Source: Octopus sinensis (lineage: Eukaryota). Taken from it: a DNA stretch of 64,000 nucleotides. Every line of letters starts with the position of its first letter. The first letter of the stretch is position 1. This document shows, in pieces, positions 1-13,032 of the stretch. The translations under genes were made by a program, and so were the position numbers. The notes under the pieces were generated by a model, which was not told where the DNA came from, ran no database searches, and was given only the letters and a program-made list of their open reading frames with translations. The stretch lies in the NCBI RefSeq assembly GCF_006345805.1, contig NC_042997.1:25978001-26042000 (forward strand). The letters run 5' to 3'.

Positions 1-141
1 CAAGCTTTGAAATGGTGGTCAAAATGAAGATGCTCGATCTTCCTGGGAAACCTATGAGGAGCGCATGGCCCAAATTTCGGAGTCGTCTTGAGGTGGCCAC
101 TTCGAGTAAACTGTTATCTACCAGCGGTAATCTGTTCGATA
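1..141 (+). mobile_element. C-terminal remnant and 3' flank of a maT/DD37D-like Tc1/mariner transposase
   Basis: Translates ..DLPGKPMRSAWPKFRSRLE/GGHFE* (internal deletion). The 3' flank (ctgttatctaccagcggtaatctgttcgatatt) is homologous to the copy at 53270-54612. Confidence 0.5.
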
Positions 142-173
142 TTTATTATTTATCATTTATTATTATTATTATA

Positions 174-1092
174 CTATGTTTGACTTTTGCTTTATGTCTG
201 TACAAGTTGGCTCCAAGTCTCACCCAGAGACCTCAAGAGACAACAGGTTGGAAGTTCTGTGCCATATATTTGGGTTTTTTTTTGGGGGGGGGGGTTTGTG
301 TTGTACTAGTAAATGTCTAATACATAAAAAAGGAAAAAAAATGTTTGTTTTAAACCTTGGGATTACATAGAGAGTATTTTGCGTAGGATATGAGCAGTTC
401 CCATAAGCACTATCTTTTGAATTTCTGCCATTTTGGGGTTTCCTGGTATCTGAGTTAGGTAGCAATCAGTCCCTTTCGCTATCATTCCCAGGGCACCTAT
501 GACAACAGGTATTGTTTTAGTCTTCAGCTTCCACATTTTGCTGATTTCTATTTCAAGATCTTTATATTTGCTCAGTTTTTGGTAGGTCTTGACAGATACG
601 TTTATATCGATTGGGACAGTCATATCAATGAGGAGGCATGTTCTTTGTCTGAAGTCTTTCAATATGATGTCTGGCCTATTTACAGCTATCTTCCTGTCAG
701 TTTGAATGGTGAAGTTCCAGAGGAGTGAGATGTGGTCATTTTCAAGCACTGGAGGTGGATTGTGTTCCCACCAGTTTTTTCATGGGGCAAATCCAGGTTT
801 TTGCAAATTACCCAGTGAATATATTGTGCAGCTCTATCATGCCTATTGGGGTACTCTGTAGGCGCTAGAAGACTGCATTTAGAGACAACATGATCAATGG
901 TTTCATTTTGTTGTCGGCATACACGACATGTTGGGCTACTGCCGTTCTTTAATATGTTGGCCTGGTAGTTTCTTGTTGGTAGGCATTGATCTTGAGCTGC
1001 TATGATAAACCCCTCTGTTTCAGATTTTAAGCCAGAGGCCATTAGCCATTGATGGGTCAGGGCTTTGTCGATATCTGCATTATTCACTCTCT
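174..1092 (-). mobile_element. 5'-truncated R4/Dong-clade non-LTR retrotransposon (zinc knuckle + restriction-like endonuclease), one frameshift near 778
   Basis: ORFs 686-1087 and 363-749 join into ..CRVC..ETIDHVVSKC..RHD..WWEH..NRPDIILKD..LLIDMTVP..KLSKYKDL..IPVVIGALG, followed by a 3' UTR. (TAA)n tracts flank both ends (142-172, 1096-1167). Confidence 0.85.
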
Positions 1093-1095
1093 TTA

Positions 1096-1169
<74 letters not shown>

Positions 1170-1210
1170 TATCATCATTATCATTATTATCATCATCATT
1201 ATTATTATTA
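1096..1210. repeat. (ATT)n then (ATC)n microsatellite
   Basis: Directly visible. Confidence 0.95.
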
Positions 1211-1319
1211 ATTTGCTTTAAAATTCTTTTAAACTTGGATTGGATATTTTGCGTTTTCTTTTCCTTTAATGTAAACTGGTAAATATAAACCGAATATACA
1301 CTGTGTGTGTGCGTGCGTG

Positions 1320-1351
<32 letters not shown>

Positions 1352-1901
1352 TATACAGAGAGAGAGAGAGAGAGAGAGGAGGGAGATTGCTAAATCTATA
1401 GATTGATAGGTACATGTGTATGCGTATGTATGTGAACGCACGCATGTCTGGGTGAGTGTTTGTATGTGCATGTGTGTGTGCATGTATATATGAGTGTAAG
1501 TGTGTGTTATGTATACATGGGCTGAATCATCGACGTAAGATGCAGAAAATACTAAAAGTATGATCACATTAACTTACAAAATTTAGGTGATGCAACATCG
1601 GTGGTAAATATATTTGTAAGCATTTCCGGTACAATATCTGCTTCAAACAATGAAGCAAATATTGAACTTTTGTCTTTTTTTTTTTCTTTTTTAAGCATAC
1701 GCTCCTTAAAAGACGATTCCACATAGTTCAATTCGGGGAATCTCAAACCTCAGGAATACCCAAAATGGAACTTATACGCCATCTTTCATATGAGGGTCAT
1801 CAATAGAAATGGTAGCATATACAAAACATCTTCCAAATCAGGAAAATGTCACGCAATATTCGATTTCTGCTTTCAGATTTTAAATTGAAATATGCATATT
1901 A

Positions 1902-2285
1902 TAGGCGCAGGAGTGGCCGTGTGGTAAGTAGCTTGCTAACCAGCCACATGGTTCCGGGTTCAGTCCCACTGCGTGGCCGACCAATGCCTTGTGAGTGGAT
2001 TTGGTAGACGGAAACTGAAAGAAGCCTGTCGTATATATGTATATATATGTATATGCCTGTGTGTGTTTGTGTGTCTGTGTTTGTCCCTCCCACCATCGCT
2101 TGACGACCGATGCTGATGTGCTTACGTCCCTGTCACTTAGCGGTTCGGCAAAAGAGAACGATAGAATAAGTACTGGGCTTACAAAGAATAAGTCCCGGGG
2201 TCGAATTGCTCGACTAAAGGCGGTGCTCCAGCATGGCCGCAGTCAAATGACTGAAACAAGTAAAAGAGTAAAAGAGTAAAGAGTA
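1902..2285 (+). mobile_element. SINE family B (tRNA-like head, ccttgggcaag-type core, internal (TA/TG)n, tail ending (gtaaaaga)n)
   Basis: Shares head aggcgcaggagtggctgtgtggtaagtagc and tail ggcggtgctccagcatggccgcagtcaaatgactgaaac with six other copies in the window. Confidence 0.85.
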
Positions 2286-3364
2286 TATATTATTATAACG
2301 CATTCCTAAATGCATAAATTATAATACCCAATGATAGACCGCCAAAATCACCTATGCTATATTTCCAAACAAGTGCTGTAGAACCGGAGTAACGTAAATA
2401 TATTTATATCCCTTCCTTCAACAACATGATGGTTATACTTTTGAGGAGTTACGTCTGCGTTTACTTCCACGCATTTGGCCACCCTATCACTCTGATATAG
2501 CGGTAACACTATAACTCCGTTTTATAGTGTTATTACGCACACAACACTCACAACTTACATCATAATTCTTCCGCATTTCCTAGATGATGCAACCATCAAT
2601 GTATCCGTACTTCTGCCAATTGCTAGAAATTAATTACCTGACGCTGTTATGCGCTAATGCTTTGGCAAGATCGAAGCATTACTTTTTCTCTCTTTACTAA
2701 AATCATTTTCCCTCTTTATTCAACGATGGGAACATATCCGTCGGCAAGATTGTTCTCACTATCAACTGCCAGCTCTCATAACGTTCATTTTCCATCAATT
2801 AATCAACATGTTCATCCACTGACATTCACATATGTCGTTAATCTACTTAACAATTTTCTCCGTTGAAATGTTACCAGATTTGTTGTAGATACGTGTTAAA
2901 TATCACACGCTAACAACTCTAGTATTATAGTATATATAAAGTTTACGTTTCCTAATGAAGAGAAATACAAAATCATTCAGAAATGAGCAATTACCACTAT
3001 TTTAAGGGTGTACTAGCATTTGTGTGTCCAAATAGATGACGAAAGGGACATAATGTAAATGTGCGTTCTACCTTTAAAATCCCGGGCAGAGAAGGCAAAT
3101 TCTAGAAAACTTGTTTTAATATTTTTGCCAACTAAGTACTGGAATTTTCTGTCCTAAGTTCGCGACTTGTGATGAGATGTTGTGGGAACGTATCAAGGTA
3201 CGAATATATTAGTCCTTCCACAACCTACTATTCCGGACTGCAATGTCCTCGCTGCTTTAAATTTAGATTGGCTATTGTTCAGGAGCATTTTGTAGCGTTT
3301 TGTTGCTGAAACAATTTCTTGTGATACTAGCAGTAGTTATAGAATTTTCATAACGTGTACATGG

Positions 3365-3663
3365 TTTATTTATTTATGTGCCCTTTTTAAGCCTAGCCAG
3401 GATCATGGGCCCGGTTTCTTGGTTTCTACGGCGTATGTGTTCCCCCCATCTGGACGGGAACACATACGCGAAGAAACGAGAAGAAAGAGTGAGAGAAAGT
3501 TGAAGCGAAAGAGTACAACAGGGGTCGCCCCACCACCTGCCGGAGCGTCGTGGAGCTTTAGGTGTTTTCGCTCAATAAACACACACAAAGCACTGTCTGG
3601 GAATCGAAACCACGATCCCCCTACCGCGAGTCCGCTGCCCTAACCATGGGCCATTGCACCTCC
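3365..3663 (-). mobile_element. SINE family A head/body with alternative tail 3 ending (AAAT)n
   Basis: Head ggtgcaatggcccatggttagggcagcggactcgcgg and family A body, then a fold-back junction and the tail gaaaccgggcccatgatcctggctaggc. Confidence 0.75.
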
Positions 3664-4147
3664 TTTGTACATGGTAGCTTCCTCGTTTTGGTTTTAGATT
3701 GTCAGTGATTTTAAGTAATGCTATATTATATACTATTGACTTGAATTATAGACAGCCAGAAAAATCAGTCTATTACCGATGTTGTTGCTATTGCTCCTAT
3801 TATTGTTATTGCCCCAGGTAAGATCTGAATGAACAGATCTCTGATACAATAATGTTTTCACACCTTTATAGAGGTATTGTGTACCTTAGATTGTGTTAAG
3901 TGTTGTTTTTCTTAACATGTCATTGGTGCAGTTTGAAAGAAATTTTGGCTGCTATATATAGGAGCCAAACTTTTTCGTTTTTATTAGCTACAAATATAAA
4001 TCATACATAAGTTTGGTTATAATGATTCGCTGTAAATTACAAGGAACACAATATAAAAGGGCATACAAACATACTAATAAAGATATTATCAAAATAATAC
4101 CAATAGCGATAAATTTAACAGTAGTCATAATAATTTTGATAACGATG

Positions 4148-4332
4148 TTGATGATGATGATGATGATGATGATGAGAAGAAGAAGAAGAAGAAGAAGAAG
4201 AAGAAGAAGAAGAAGAAGAAGAAGAAGAAGAAGAAGAAGAAGAAGAAGAAGAGAAGAAGAAGAAGAAGAAGAAGAAGAGAAGAAGAAGAATAAGAAAAGA
4301 AGAAGAAGAAGAAGAAGAAGAAGAAGAAGAAG
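4148..4332. repeat. (ATG)n + (AGA)n compound microsatellite
   Basis: Directly visible. Confidence 0.95.
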
Positions 4333-5204
4333 CGCGGTTGATATAAAGATTCATGGTTCTTGAAGCCTTGCTCCAAAAGTAAGCTTTCTTATGGACGAGG
4401 CGACGTTCCACTCTTGACCGTCTCAGTGCATACCCAGAGCTATTTGTGCTGGTTCTCTTTTTAAGGAGGAATAGACAGAAGAAGGATAAGAGAGAAAGAT
4501 ATTTTCTAATTATATCTAGTGGATGGAAGAACAGAAAAAAACTTCCCTACGTTGGCTCTAAGCAATAAGTAATAATGGTACTAGCTGCAAATCGTGGTAT
4601 AAGTGACAGAGGAGTTAATGATGATGATGATGATGATGATGATGATAACGACGATGAGGGGAGGAGAAAGAGAATTTATTCAGAAAAGTCTGAGAGTTTT
4701 AGAAATCATTCAATCAATCTCACGTATGAGCGTTAGTAACCTTAGCAGACCTCCCAAGAGACAGAAGTATGACTGAGTCAGAATGAAAATAAGATAAATA
4801 CTAATAAATACTAATAATTGCTTTCACGTTGGGAGATATAATGAAGAAAGGAGTCGAGTCCTTTAGTACATATTCTTATTGTATTGACAGTTCAAGGATG
4901 AAAAGCAAAGTATACCTTAATAGAAATTTGACTCAGGAAAAAAAAAAGAGAGAGATTGCTGAAGGGAGTATCATTTGTATGCTTTTTCATCAATTTTGAA
5001 ATTTGTCCCAACACATATTGCCTTACTCTAATCACTCTTTCCTTTCGCTTTCATAAAGCTTGTTTTCCTATCCCACACCTATTTGAATAAATTATAATTT
5101 TACTCTTTCATGAATTCAATTTTAGCTTGTTTAACCCCAAAAGGTAACGTAATATATACATATGAAACATAATATTCATTACTGTGTTTCTTTGGTTCTA
5201 CTAA

Positions 5205-5534
5205 TTAGGAGCACTCCGTCGGTTCCGACGACGAGGGTCCCAGCTGATAACGATCAATGGAACAGCTTGCTCGTGAAATTAACGTGCAAGTGACAGCAAT
5301 CAACAGACACGTGTACTCCTAACGTAGTTCTCAGGGAGATTCAGCGTGACACAGAGTGTGACAAGGCCGGCCCTTTTTAAATAGAGGTATAACTCATTAT
5401 TGCCAGCTGAGAGGACTGGGGCAACGTGAAATAAAGTGTCTTGCTCAAGGACACAGCGCGTCGCCGGGAATTGAACTCACGACCTTACAATCGTGAGCCG
5501 AATGCCCTAACCACTTAACCACGCGCCTTCACTA
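5205..5534 (-). mobile_element. SINE family D (tRNA head + Meta-like body + same tail as family A)
   Basis: Body tgtgtccttgagcaagacactttatttcacgttg and tail gggccggccttgtcac..gtcgtcggaaccgacggagtgc. 10-bp TSD GTTCTACTAA at 5195-5204 and 5535-5544. Confidence 0.8.
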
Positions 5535-7747
5535 GTTCTACTAAGTATTACAATCACCATTGACATTTAGCACATGCATCATGTCACTATGTGTTATGTT
5601 TCCTGTAGTAACAGGGCAGTTGCAGGGGAGACAATCCTAGAGAGAATGCAGTGTGCTAAATGTTAACAATGATAATGGTATCTGATTTAAGTTCAAATCC
5701 AAATACTTTGACATGGATATTGATTAGTCGATACTTTTTTTTTTCCATATCAAACCCACAAGAATGAAACGTAAACTTGACCGTAGCAGGATTTGAACCC
5801 AAAATGTAAATAACCGTAAGACATACCGCGAGACACTTTTGCGGCACTCTAGACATAAGGCTATTAATTTTAGGGACGAGTATTGCCAAGTAGAGTGACC
5901 CGGGTAAGGGGATTTATCAAATTTTAGCTAGTAGAATAAAAAGCCAATTTGACTTCATCAAGATTTAAACTAAGATCGGGAATCTATGTAACTAAAATGC
6001 CTGGAAATAATTTGTTCGTCATGTAACGATGTTCATACTTCATCATGATCACAACAATAAAAAAGAAATTACAAAGTTAAATCACAAACGGAAAAAATAT
6101 TAGTAATCAGGTGGCATAGGAGAGAATAGCACATAAAAACAAGCACATCAAGTGCTATAAATCCAGAAAACAAATGTAACAACTTTCATTGGACGTAAGC
6201 ACAATTGCCTCTAGGTGTAATTAGGATACATCTGCGCTTCTTGATAGTCCTATTACCGGTCGTTTACCGCCGGAGGGTGAAATATCTAAAACAATATATG
6301 TGTGTGTGTATATGAGTGTATGTGTGTGTGTGTGTGTGCGTGCGTGAGTGTATGTGTGTGTGTGTGTGTGCGTGAGTGTATGTGTGTGTGTGTGTAAATT
6401 AAAACAAATATTTGAAAATCATCCGATGGAGAGATTTGCCGATCATTTGAGGAAAGCCCAAGACCAGATTCTCTAAATGAATAAAACAGCTATAAAAGCA
6501 ACGACGAAAAAATAAGCAAAGAAAAATTAACTGATATCTTCAATATATTCGATTTTTATTTGTTTACTTTTTATTTTTACCTGCTCTTTTTTCCTTTTCA
6601 TTTATTACTTTTAACAAATTTTTGAATTCTTTTGCTGGAATTTTTTTTTCTGTTTTTTTCTCGTTTTCACCCTCCTCTGATCTAATTGAATTATTAAACA
6701 TAATCAGCCTGTATGAAAACTGTATGAAAACTGATTGGTAAACGTTATGATGGAAAAAGTTTTATAAAATTAGACTAATGAGCACTTTTGGAGCATGAAT
6801 GCATGCACATTTGTGTTTGTGCTTTTGGGCTATATTTTTGTTGCAATAAGTAAGATAGCACTGAAGATACGTACCCAAGAGAACAGAGTGCTGCACATGA
6901 AAAGCACTTCAGCGTTTAATATAATCCATTTCGGTCCTGATTTCAAATTCACTTGCGTTGAACATAGTCTAAACATTTGCTCACAGATCAATAAAAAAAA
7001 AAGCAACGTATTAATTTATTACACATGGGCTCGGTATACAGTATAGCATTTTTTTCTCTCTAGTTTCAGCTCAGAGCTGCGGCCATGCTGATACACCGCA
7101 TTTGGTAAAATATTTTTATCGGCGTTTACATCCTTATATGTTAAAAAGTTCAAAACACGTCAGAGTAAGCTATGATCTTCATCCACTGCCCTTCATCTAT
7201 CCAGTGCCGATTATAGATTGTACCAGTCAAGTAATGTAGTCGGTATATTAGATTATTTTCTCTCATCAAAAGCTAAAGTGTGTGGGTATGTCTATGCGGG
7301 AGATCAATATATCAAGAGTGTGACTTGCTAGAAATTTCCATAGAGTGTCCATGGCTACTTTATTAGACTAAAATTGTTGGTCTAATTGATTTTGTAAGAA
7401 GTATCGCAAAGTCAGACATTGATTCTGTTTCAGTCTTTGGATACAGCCCATTGAATACAATTTGATTAATGCTCCAGTGAAAGGCACCAACATCAATGTT
7501 ATACAGCGTGTACTTTTCTAAGAATATAGTGTATTGGGTTTTGTGAAAATATAACAGTCTCTATTATTCTACCTGGTACCGTCTATGTATATACAGTTAA
7601 AACTAAGAGAAAGAAACCGAATATATTATCTCTTATGTACAAAGCATAATAGTCAGATGTGCTTTGGAACAAAATCAAAGTCGAACTTTTATAGATAAAA
7701 CACTTTGATACTATTTATATTAAGCTACTGTACATAAAATATAATGT

Positions 7748-8443
7748 AACCATTTTTGTAAAATAACTATTAGTGAAATAATGTATAGCATTAGAAGAAT
7801 AAGGTGATATTGTAAAAGACGTATGTAATTAAATGGGCTAAAACATGGCATTTCCTTTAGCGCGAGAGAAAGATCCTTTAGATGGAGACAGAATAAAGTT
7901 TAGATGTTCTTGACATTGTGTGCTTGACTTAAAATAAAGTACTATATATCTGTATGTGTGTGTATGTGTGTGTCTGTGTGTGTACTGGTCTCAGTCATTA
8001 AACTGCAGCCGTGCTAGGTACTGATTTCAAGAGTTAATTAATCATGTTCCTTCTTATAACAATATTCTTTTCAGCACACTGTTTCGGATTAAAATTCTTG
8101 AAACGCAAATTCAAAAATTGAAATAAAATTTTTTTCTGACCAAGATCAGATCGCGAATTTAACCATTTTTGTAAAGTAACTATTAGTGAAATAATGTATA
8201 GCATTAGAAGAATAAGGTGATATCGTAAAAGACGTATGTAATAAAATGGGCTAAAACATGGCATTTCCTTTAGCGTGAGTGAAAGATCCTTTAGATGGAG
8301 ACAGAATAAAGTTTAGATGTTCACGCATTTCGCTCAGACAGCTCTGGAGAATCGAACCAGTTTAAAGTCATAACAGAAACTCTGTTGCGCTTCTAGTTTG
8401 TGTTTTGCTAATTTCTCGACATTGTGTGCTTGACTTAAAATAC
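7748..8443. repeat. Local direct duplication: 7748-7935 is a copy of 8161-8443 with a ~95 bp deletion
   Basis: Near-identical text ccatttttgtaaa..gtttagatgttc and gacattgtgtgcttgacttaaaata in both copies. Confidence 0.9.
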
Positions 8444-8526
8444 AATGGCCAATTACTCTGTATGTATTTTAAGTAAATTGCACATAAATATTCTCAGAAG
8501 AATAATAAGCAAGTCTTAGAGTGTCT

Positions 8527-9106
8527 TTATTACCTCCGGCTTAGCGAAGGCTGAGGTATAGTTTTCAGTCCTGTTTGTTTGTCCGTGGACAAGATATCTC
8601 AAGAACCGCTGGATAGATTCGAATGAAACTTTCAGGGATGTTTGGCCTCGTGACTGGCACGAACCGATTAGATTTTGGGATCGATCAGTCACGAGAAAAG
8701 GATTCTGGATTATTTGTTATATTTACTTTACTTAACATGATTACGATCTTACGTTAACTTCCAAGTCTTTCTTATTTATCTCCCTTTAGGGTGTAACTAT
8801 TTTGAATGGTAAATTTGTTAACTTTGGCTTGTATTTGATAAGGATAAACTATTTATTACTGCTACGAAATTTTCTACAGCCACCTTCATATTCCATGACT
8901 ACTGTTGAAATTGATCGGATACCAGATAAGGATTCTAGATTATTTTTCTGGTATTTTCACTTAATGTTTGAGAGCGGTCGGGTTCATTTTTAGTAGTCTT
9001 ATTTGTGAGAGCAGTCGAGTTTATTTTAAAAATCATTTCTGCCTATTCATTGAGAGGACGTTGGTGTTAGCTTGGTGGAGATTTGCACTTTCTGAATGCT
9101 CTTGTT
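8527..9106 (+). mobile_element. Non-autonomous Helentron/HINE (DINE-1-like) element
   Basis: 5' ttattacctccg..ctgtttgtttgtccgt..aagatatctcaagaaccgctggatagattcg; 3' ttggtggagatttgcactttctgaatgctcttgtt. Matches the recalled HINE end architecture. Confidence 0.6.
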
Positions 9107-10507
9107 TCTATTTTTATTTAATCTGCAAGACCTAGTGATATCGCTGTAGTTTTAAGGTACTCTATTCTTCGTTTGGGATATCTATCACTTTTCCTCCTCA
9201 TAACTAAGTGTCCAAATCCTAAAAGAGAATATGTTTTCTCTCCGACTTCCTTATTTTTAATTTATGCAACAGTATTATTAATTATAATTGTCAGTATATT
9301 TGACTCGAGACCAACACTGATCCAGCAACGAAACCATTATTCGTATATTGATCATGCCACTGTTTTGCTTCAATAAATTTAATATGTTAGCAAATTTTCA
9401 CTTACTATTTGAGGAAAAGTGCATGTAATATTAGAAGGGATTGGCTGCTATTTCTAACAGCCTTTGGACTCCATTGTTAATTCGTCGTTTGTGTATTTTT
9501 TCTTTTTTTTTTTTGCTGCCTTTGTGGCTATCAGTTTTTTAACTTGCATACGTTAGAGCAGACAATCAACAGAGAAGTGTGAATGAATCAACAGAAAGCC
9601 TTCAAAAATGCACATCAGGGACCCTAATTCACAAGCATGATACAAGCTTAATATTTCATTCATGACACTCGCACATTTAGAAAGTACTTTCAATGATAAT
9701 GAAAAATTCAACATAATTTTTTCACAATGTAGTAGATTTGATTCGGCAGTTACGATTATGATACTACACTTTATAGGATTAATAATCCTGAGTAAGGTGT
9801 TGGTAAAATATACTAGATTACTACTCCATTCTTTGAACAAATAGCTCATAAATATAAAAGTATGACATCAGAATTGATATCATTTTCTACAGTTGTTGGA
9901 CTTATAAGACCTTTCTTCCACTCCTTTAATTTTCCCTATTATTTGCACAGTACACACACAGACACACAGACACACACATACACACACATACAGATATATA
10001 GTACTTTATTTTATGTACAGTAGCTTAATATAAATTTGTAAGTTGGATCTATTAATACAAATATCTATATATTTATACTTAAATATTCATCGTCTGGAAC
10101 TCTCCACTTTTTGCTTTTGCTTTCTCCCATTTTCTATTTATACATATATTCATATTTTATAATACGTATCCAAACTATTATATTATATTTAATATATCTA
10201 ATTTGTTTATCCACATAACTGCCTCTATATCTGCTCGGTAGTCTTTTTTATAGTCATTCTTCACCTGTGGAATTGGTCCCCTGTAAATTCACTGGAGTCT
10301 AAGTTTGAATTTTTGAGCACTACTCTCTTTTATACTGAGAGACTCTGGATCTCATCTGTGGAATATATATATATATATAATATTATGACAGATTTGGGAT
10401 TTTACCAAAAGAACTTCAACTCCTATTTCAGGATAACCTTATTGCATGGAATACATATATAAAGTTATATCTAATAAAAATCCCAAACTTGTAATAATAA
10501 GTATATA

Positions 10508-10582
10508 TACATATACACGCATAAATATGTGTGTGTATAGATAGAAAGATATGCAGGTATGCATGTATATATATTATATATG

Positions 10583-10642
<60 letters not shown>

Positions 10643-10733
10643 CATACATAGATATACATAAATACATACACACAAACAGACACATGCACACACACACACA
10701 AACATACACACACCACACACACACACACACACC

Positions 10734-10772
<39 letters not shown>
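10508..10772. repeat. (TA)n/(CA)n compound microsatellite block
   Basis: Directly visible. Similar blocks at about 14990-15445, 16090-16420, 16700-16895, 17180-17345, 28420-28965, 32130-33120, 34830-35330, 39955-40280, 43467-44030 and 58425-58740. Confidence 0.95.
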
Positions 10773-10775
<3 letters not shown>

Positions 10776-11796
10776 GCAAAATACTACTGCATGTACGTCA
10801 AATTAGGGCAACATATTTTTTCTTGAGAGGTTTAACTTTAAATTTGTTGACAAATAATAAATTATATACATGCATATACTCAACTGAATGAATAATCACG
10901 CATAATTTTTAGTGCTGTTGTCCATACGAGTGGACAATAATATTTAACTCTACATGACAGTCAATCTTGAAATGCAAAATGTAAATTTCCGGGTTCGCGT
11001 GAATGTTAACATTGTAATTTCCGATTTAATTATTTCAATCCTTTGCAACTTGCAGAATTAAATTTTGATTTTCTTCTGAACATCTCCTGACCATTATATG
11101 AAAGATTTTTTTCGCATGAGACATACATTTAAAATCCATTAAATTTCTAGAATAATTTACAGACAGATCCCATGTTTGCAAAAGTATTTTTTAAATATAT
11201 TATTTAAAAACAAACCATGTATTTCGTTCGGAATTCATTCGATTCGACGGAAAACGAGATTACACGATGCTTTTTTTGGCATAATGAGATTCATGATTCG
11301 GAATATAATGAGCATTCTATATGTGAAGTAATCAGATATTATTTTGGCAGTATATAGAAAGCAGTGCATGGAAAAATTTAATGTTTTATACATCTGCCTA
11401 TTATTTTGTTGTCAGAAAACTTGTAAACCGCCTGTATTTATTTTCTACGCTTCAGCATTATTTTGCTTTTTGAAAGATGATGTAGCCACACTGCGAAGAT
11501 GTTGCCCTGTCAACCTTCGAGTTGTGAGTTCTGATCTGAGTAAGCATCGGTCAATTTTGTGGACAATAAATTAAGAATAGCTAACAGATATAAGGAAAAT
11601 TTTATCCTCAGTAGCTTACTGATTTCTTTAAGAAAACTTCACGTTTTTAAAAAGAAATGTAGGAAGTGAAATAATCAATCGTTTTCAACAAGTATTAAGT
11701 ACTGCTAAATATTTGTCAATTTTTATCTTTTTTTTCCTGAATTTATTTCCCATGGCAATGCTAATGTGATTCTCAAACAATATCATAGTCATATTA

Positions 11797-12010
11797 AGGG
11801 CGACCTGGCAGAATCGTTAGCACACCAGGTAAATGCTTAGCGGCATTTCGTCTGTCTTTATGTTCTGTGTTGAAATTCCGCTGAGGGCGACCTTTCCTTT
11901 CATCCTTTCGGAGTCAATAGACTAAATACCAGTAGAACACTGGGATGGATTGGATCGGCTTATCCCTCTCCCAGAGCTTCTAGCCATGTGCCAAAATTAG
12001 AAACCAATAT
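11797..12010 (+). mobile_element. SINE family C variant with a different tail (..tgtgccaaaattagaaaccaatat)
   Basis: Head ctggcagaatcgttagcac and the cctttcatcctttcgg body of family C; the tail differs from other C copies. Confidence 0.7.
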
Positions 12011-12332
12011 CAGTAATATTAGGTACCGGATTGGCTATATCATTAATGTAGAAAATGTATTTCAATTGTTTTGAAATATCTTTGCACTTTATATATACAT
12101 GCATACATATGTGTGTGTGCGCGCGCATGTGTGTGTGCGCGCGCATGTGTGCGTCTGTAATAGAGAGGGACAGACAGACAGACAGAGGGTATATATAAAT
12201 ATTAATGCATTACTTAACAACTAAAAACAATAAAATATATAAATAATAGGGTACAAATTGTCTAATATTCAAAGTCAACTAAACGCAGACAAGAAATACA
12301 CATATCAAACACATAAACACACACACCAAGAT

Positions 12333-12720
12333 GGAATGGAAGCACTCCGTCGGTTACGACGACGAGGGTTCCGGTTGATCTGATCAACGGAACAGCCTGC
12401 TCGTGAAATTAACGTGTAAGTGGCTGAGCATTCCACAGACACGTGTACCCTTAACGTAGTTCTCGGGGATATTCAGCGTGACACAGAGAGTGACAAGGCC
12501 GGCCCTTTGAAATGTAGGTACAACAGAAACAGGAAGTAAGAGTGAGAGAAAGTTGTGGTGAAAGAGTATAGCAGGGATCACCACCATCCCTGCCAGAGCC
12601 TCGTGGAGCTTTAGGTGTTTTTCGCTCAATAAACACTCACAACGCCCGGTCTGGGAATCGAAACCGCGATCCTACGACCGCGAGTCCACTGCCCTAATCA
12701 CTGGGCCATTGCGCCTCCAC
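12333..12720 (-). mobile_element. SINE family A, full length (tRNA-Arg-like head, tail 1 ending (ATCC)n)
   Basis: A box TGGCCCAGTG, B box GGTTTCGATTCC; flanked by accaagat direct repeats. Confidence 0.9.
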
Positions 12721-13032
12721 TACCAAGATACAGATGTAAACGAATATGCAGCTAAGCGATATGTAGCACAGACTGATAAAAGGGAATAGGCAGAACAAGA
12801 CCAGAGACAAGAGACACAAGTAAACGAAAGTTGTTGAAGAGGTGACAGAGTGTGTGACGAAAGCACTGTGACAAATAAACTAATAATACTAAAATAGCAA
12901 AAATGAAGATTAAATACTTAGCGCTTGTGACTATTGGCAAAATGACGGTCTACGTAAAAAATATTTTATTAAACACACGATTTCACATCAAGAATCTTTA
13001 AAAAAATAGGTAAACGTATATGTGTGCGAAGT

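Noticed and set aside
6855-6915. CTGAAGA ... GAAA ... UUC
   Set aside because: Stem I does not pair; better explained as a simple agtgct/agcact hairpin.
12384-12636. Recurrent ORFs MVVIPAVLFHHNF.. and MFIERKHLK.. seen about eight times
   Set aside because: They are frames through SINE family A copies, with variable stops and frameshifts; no evidence of a coding function.
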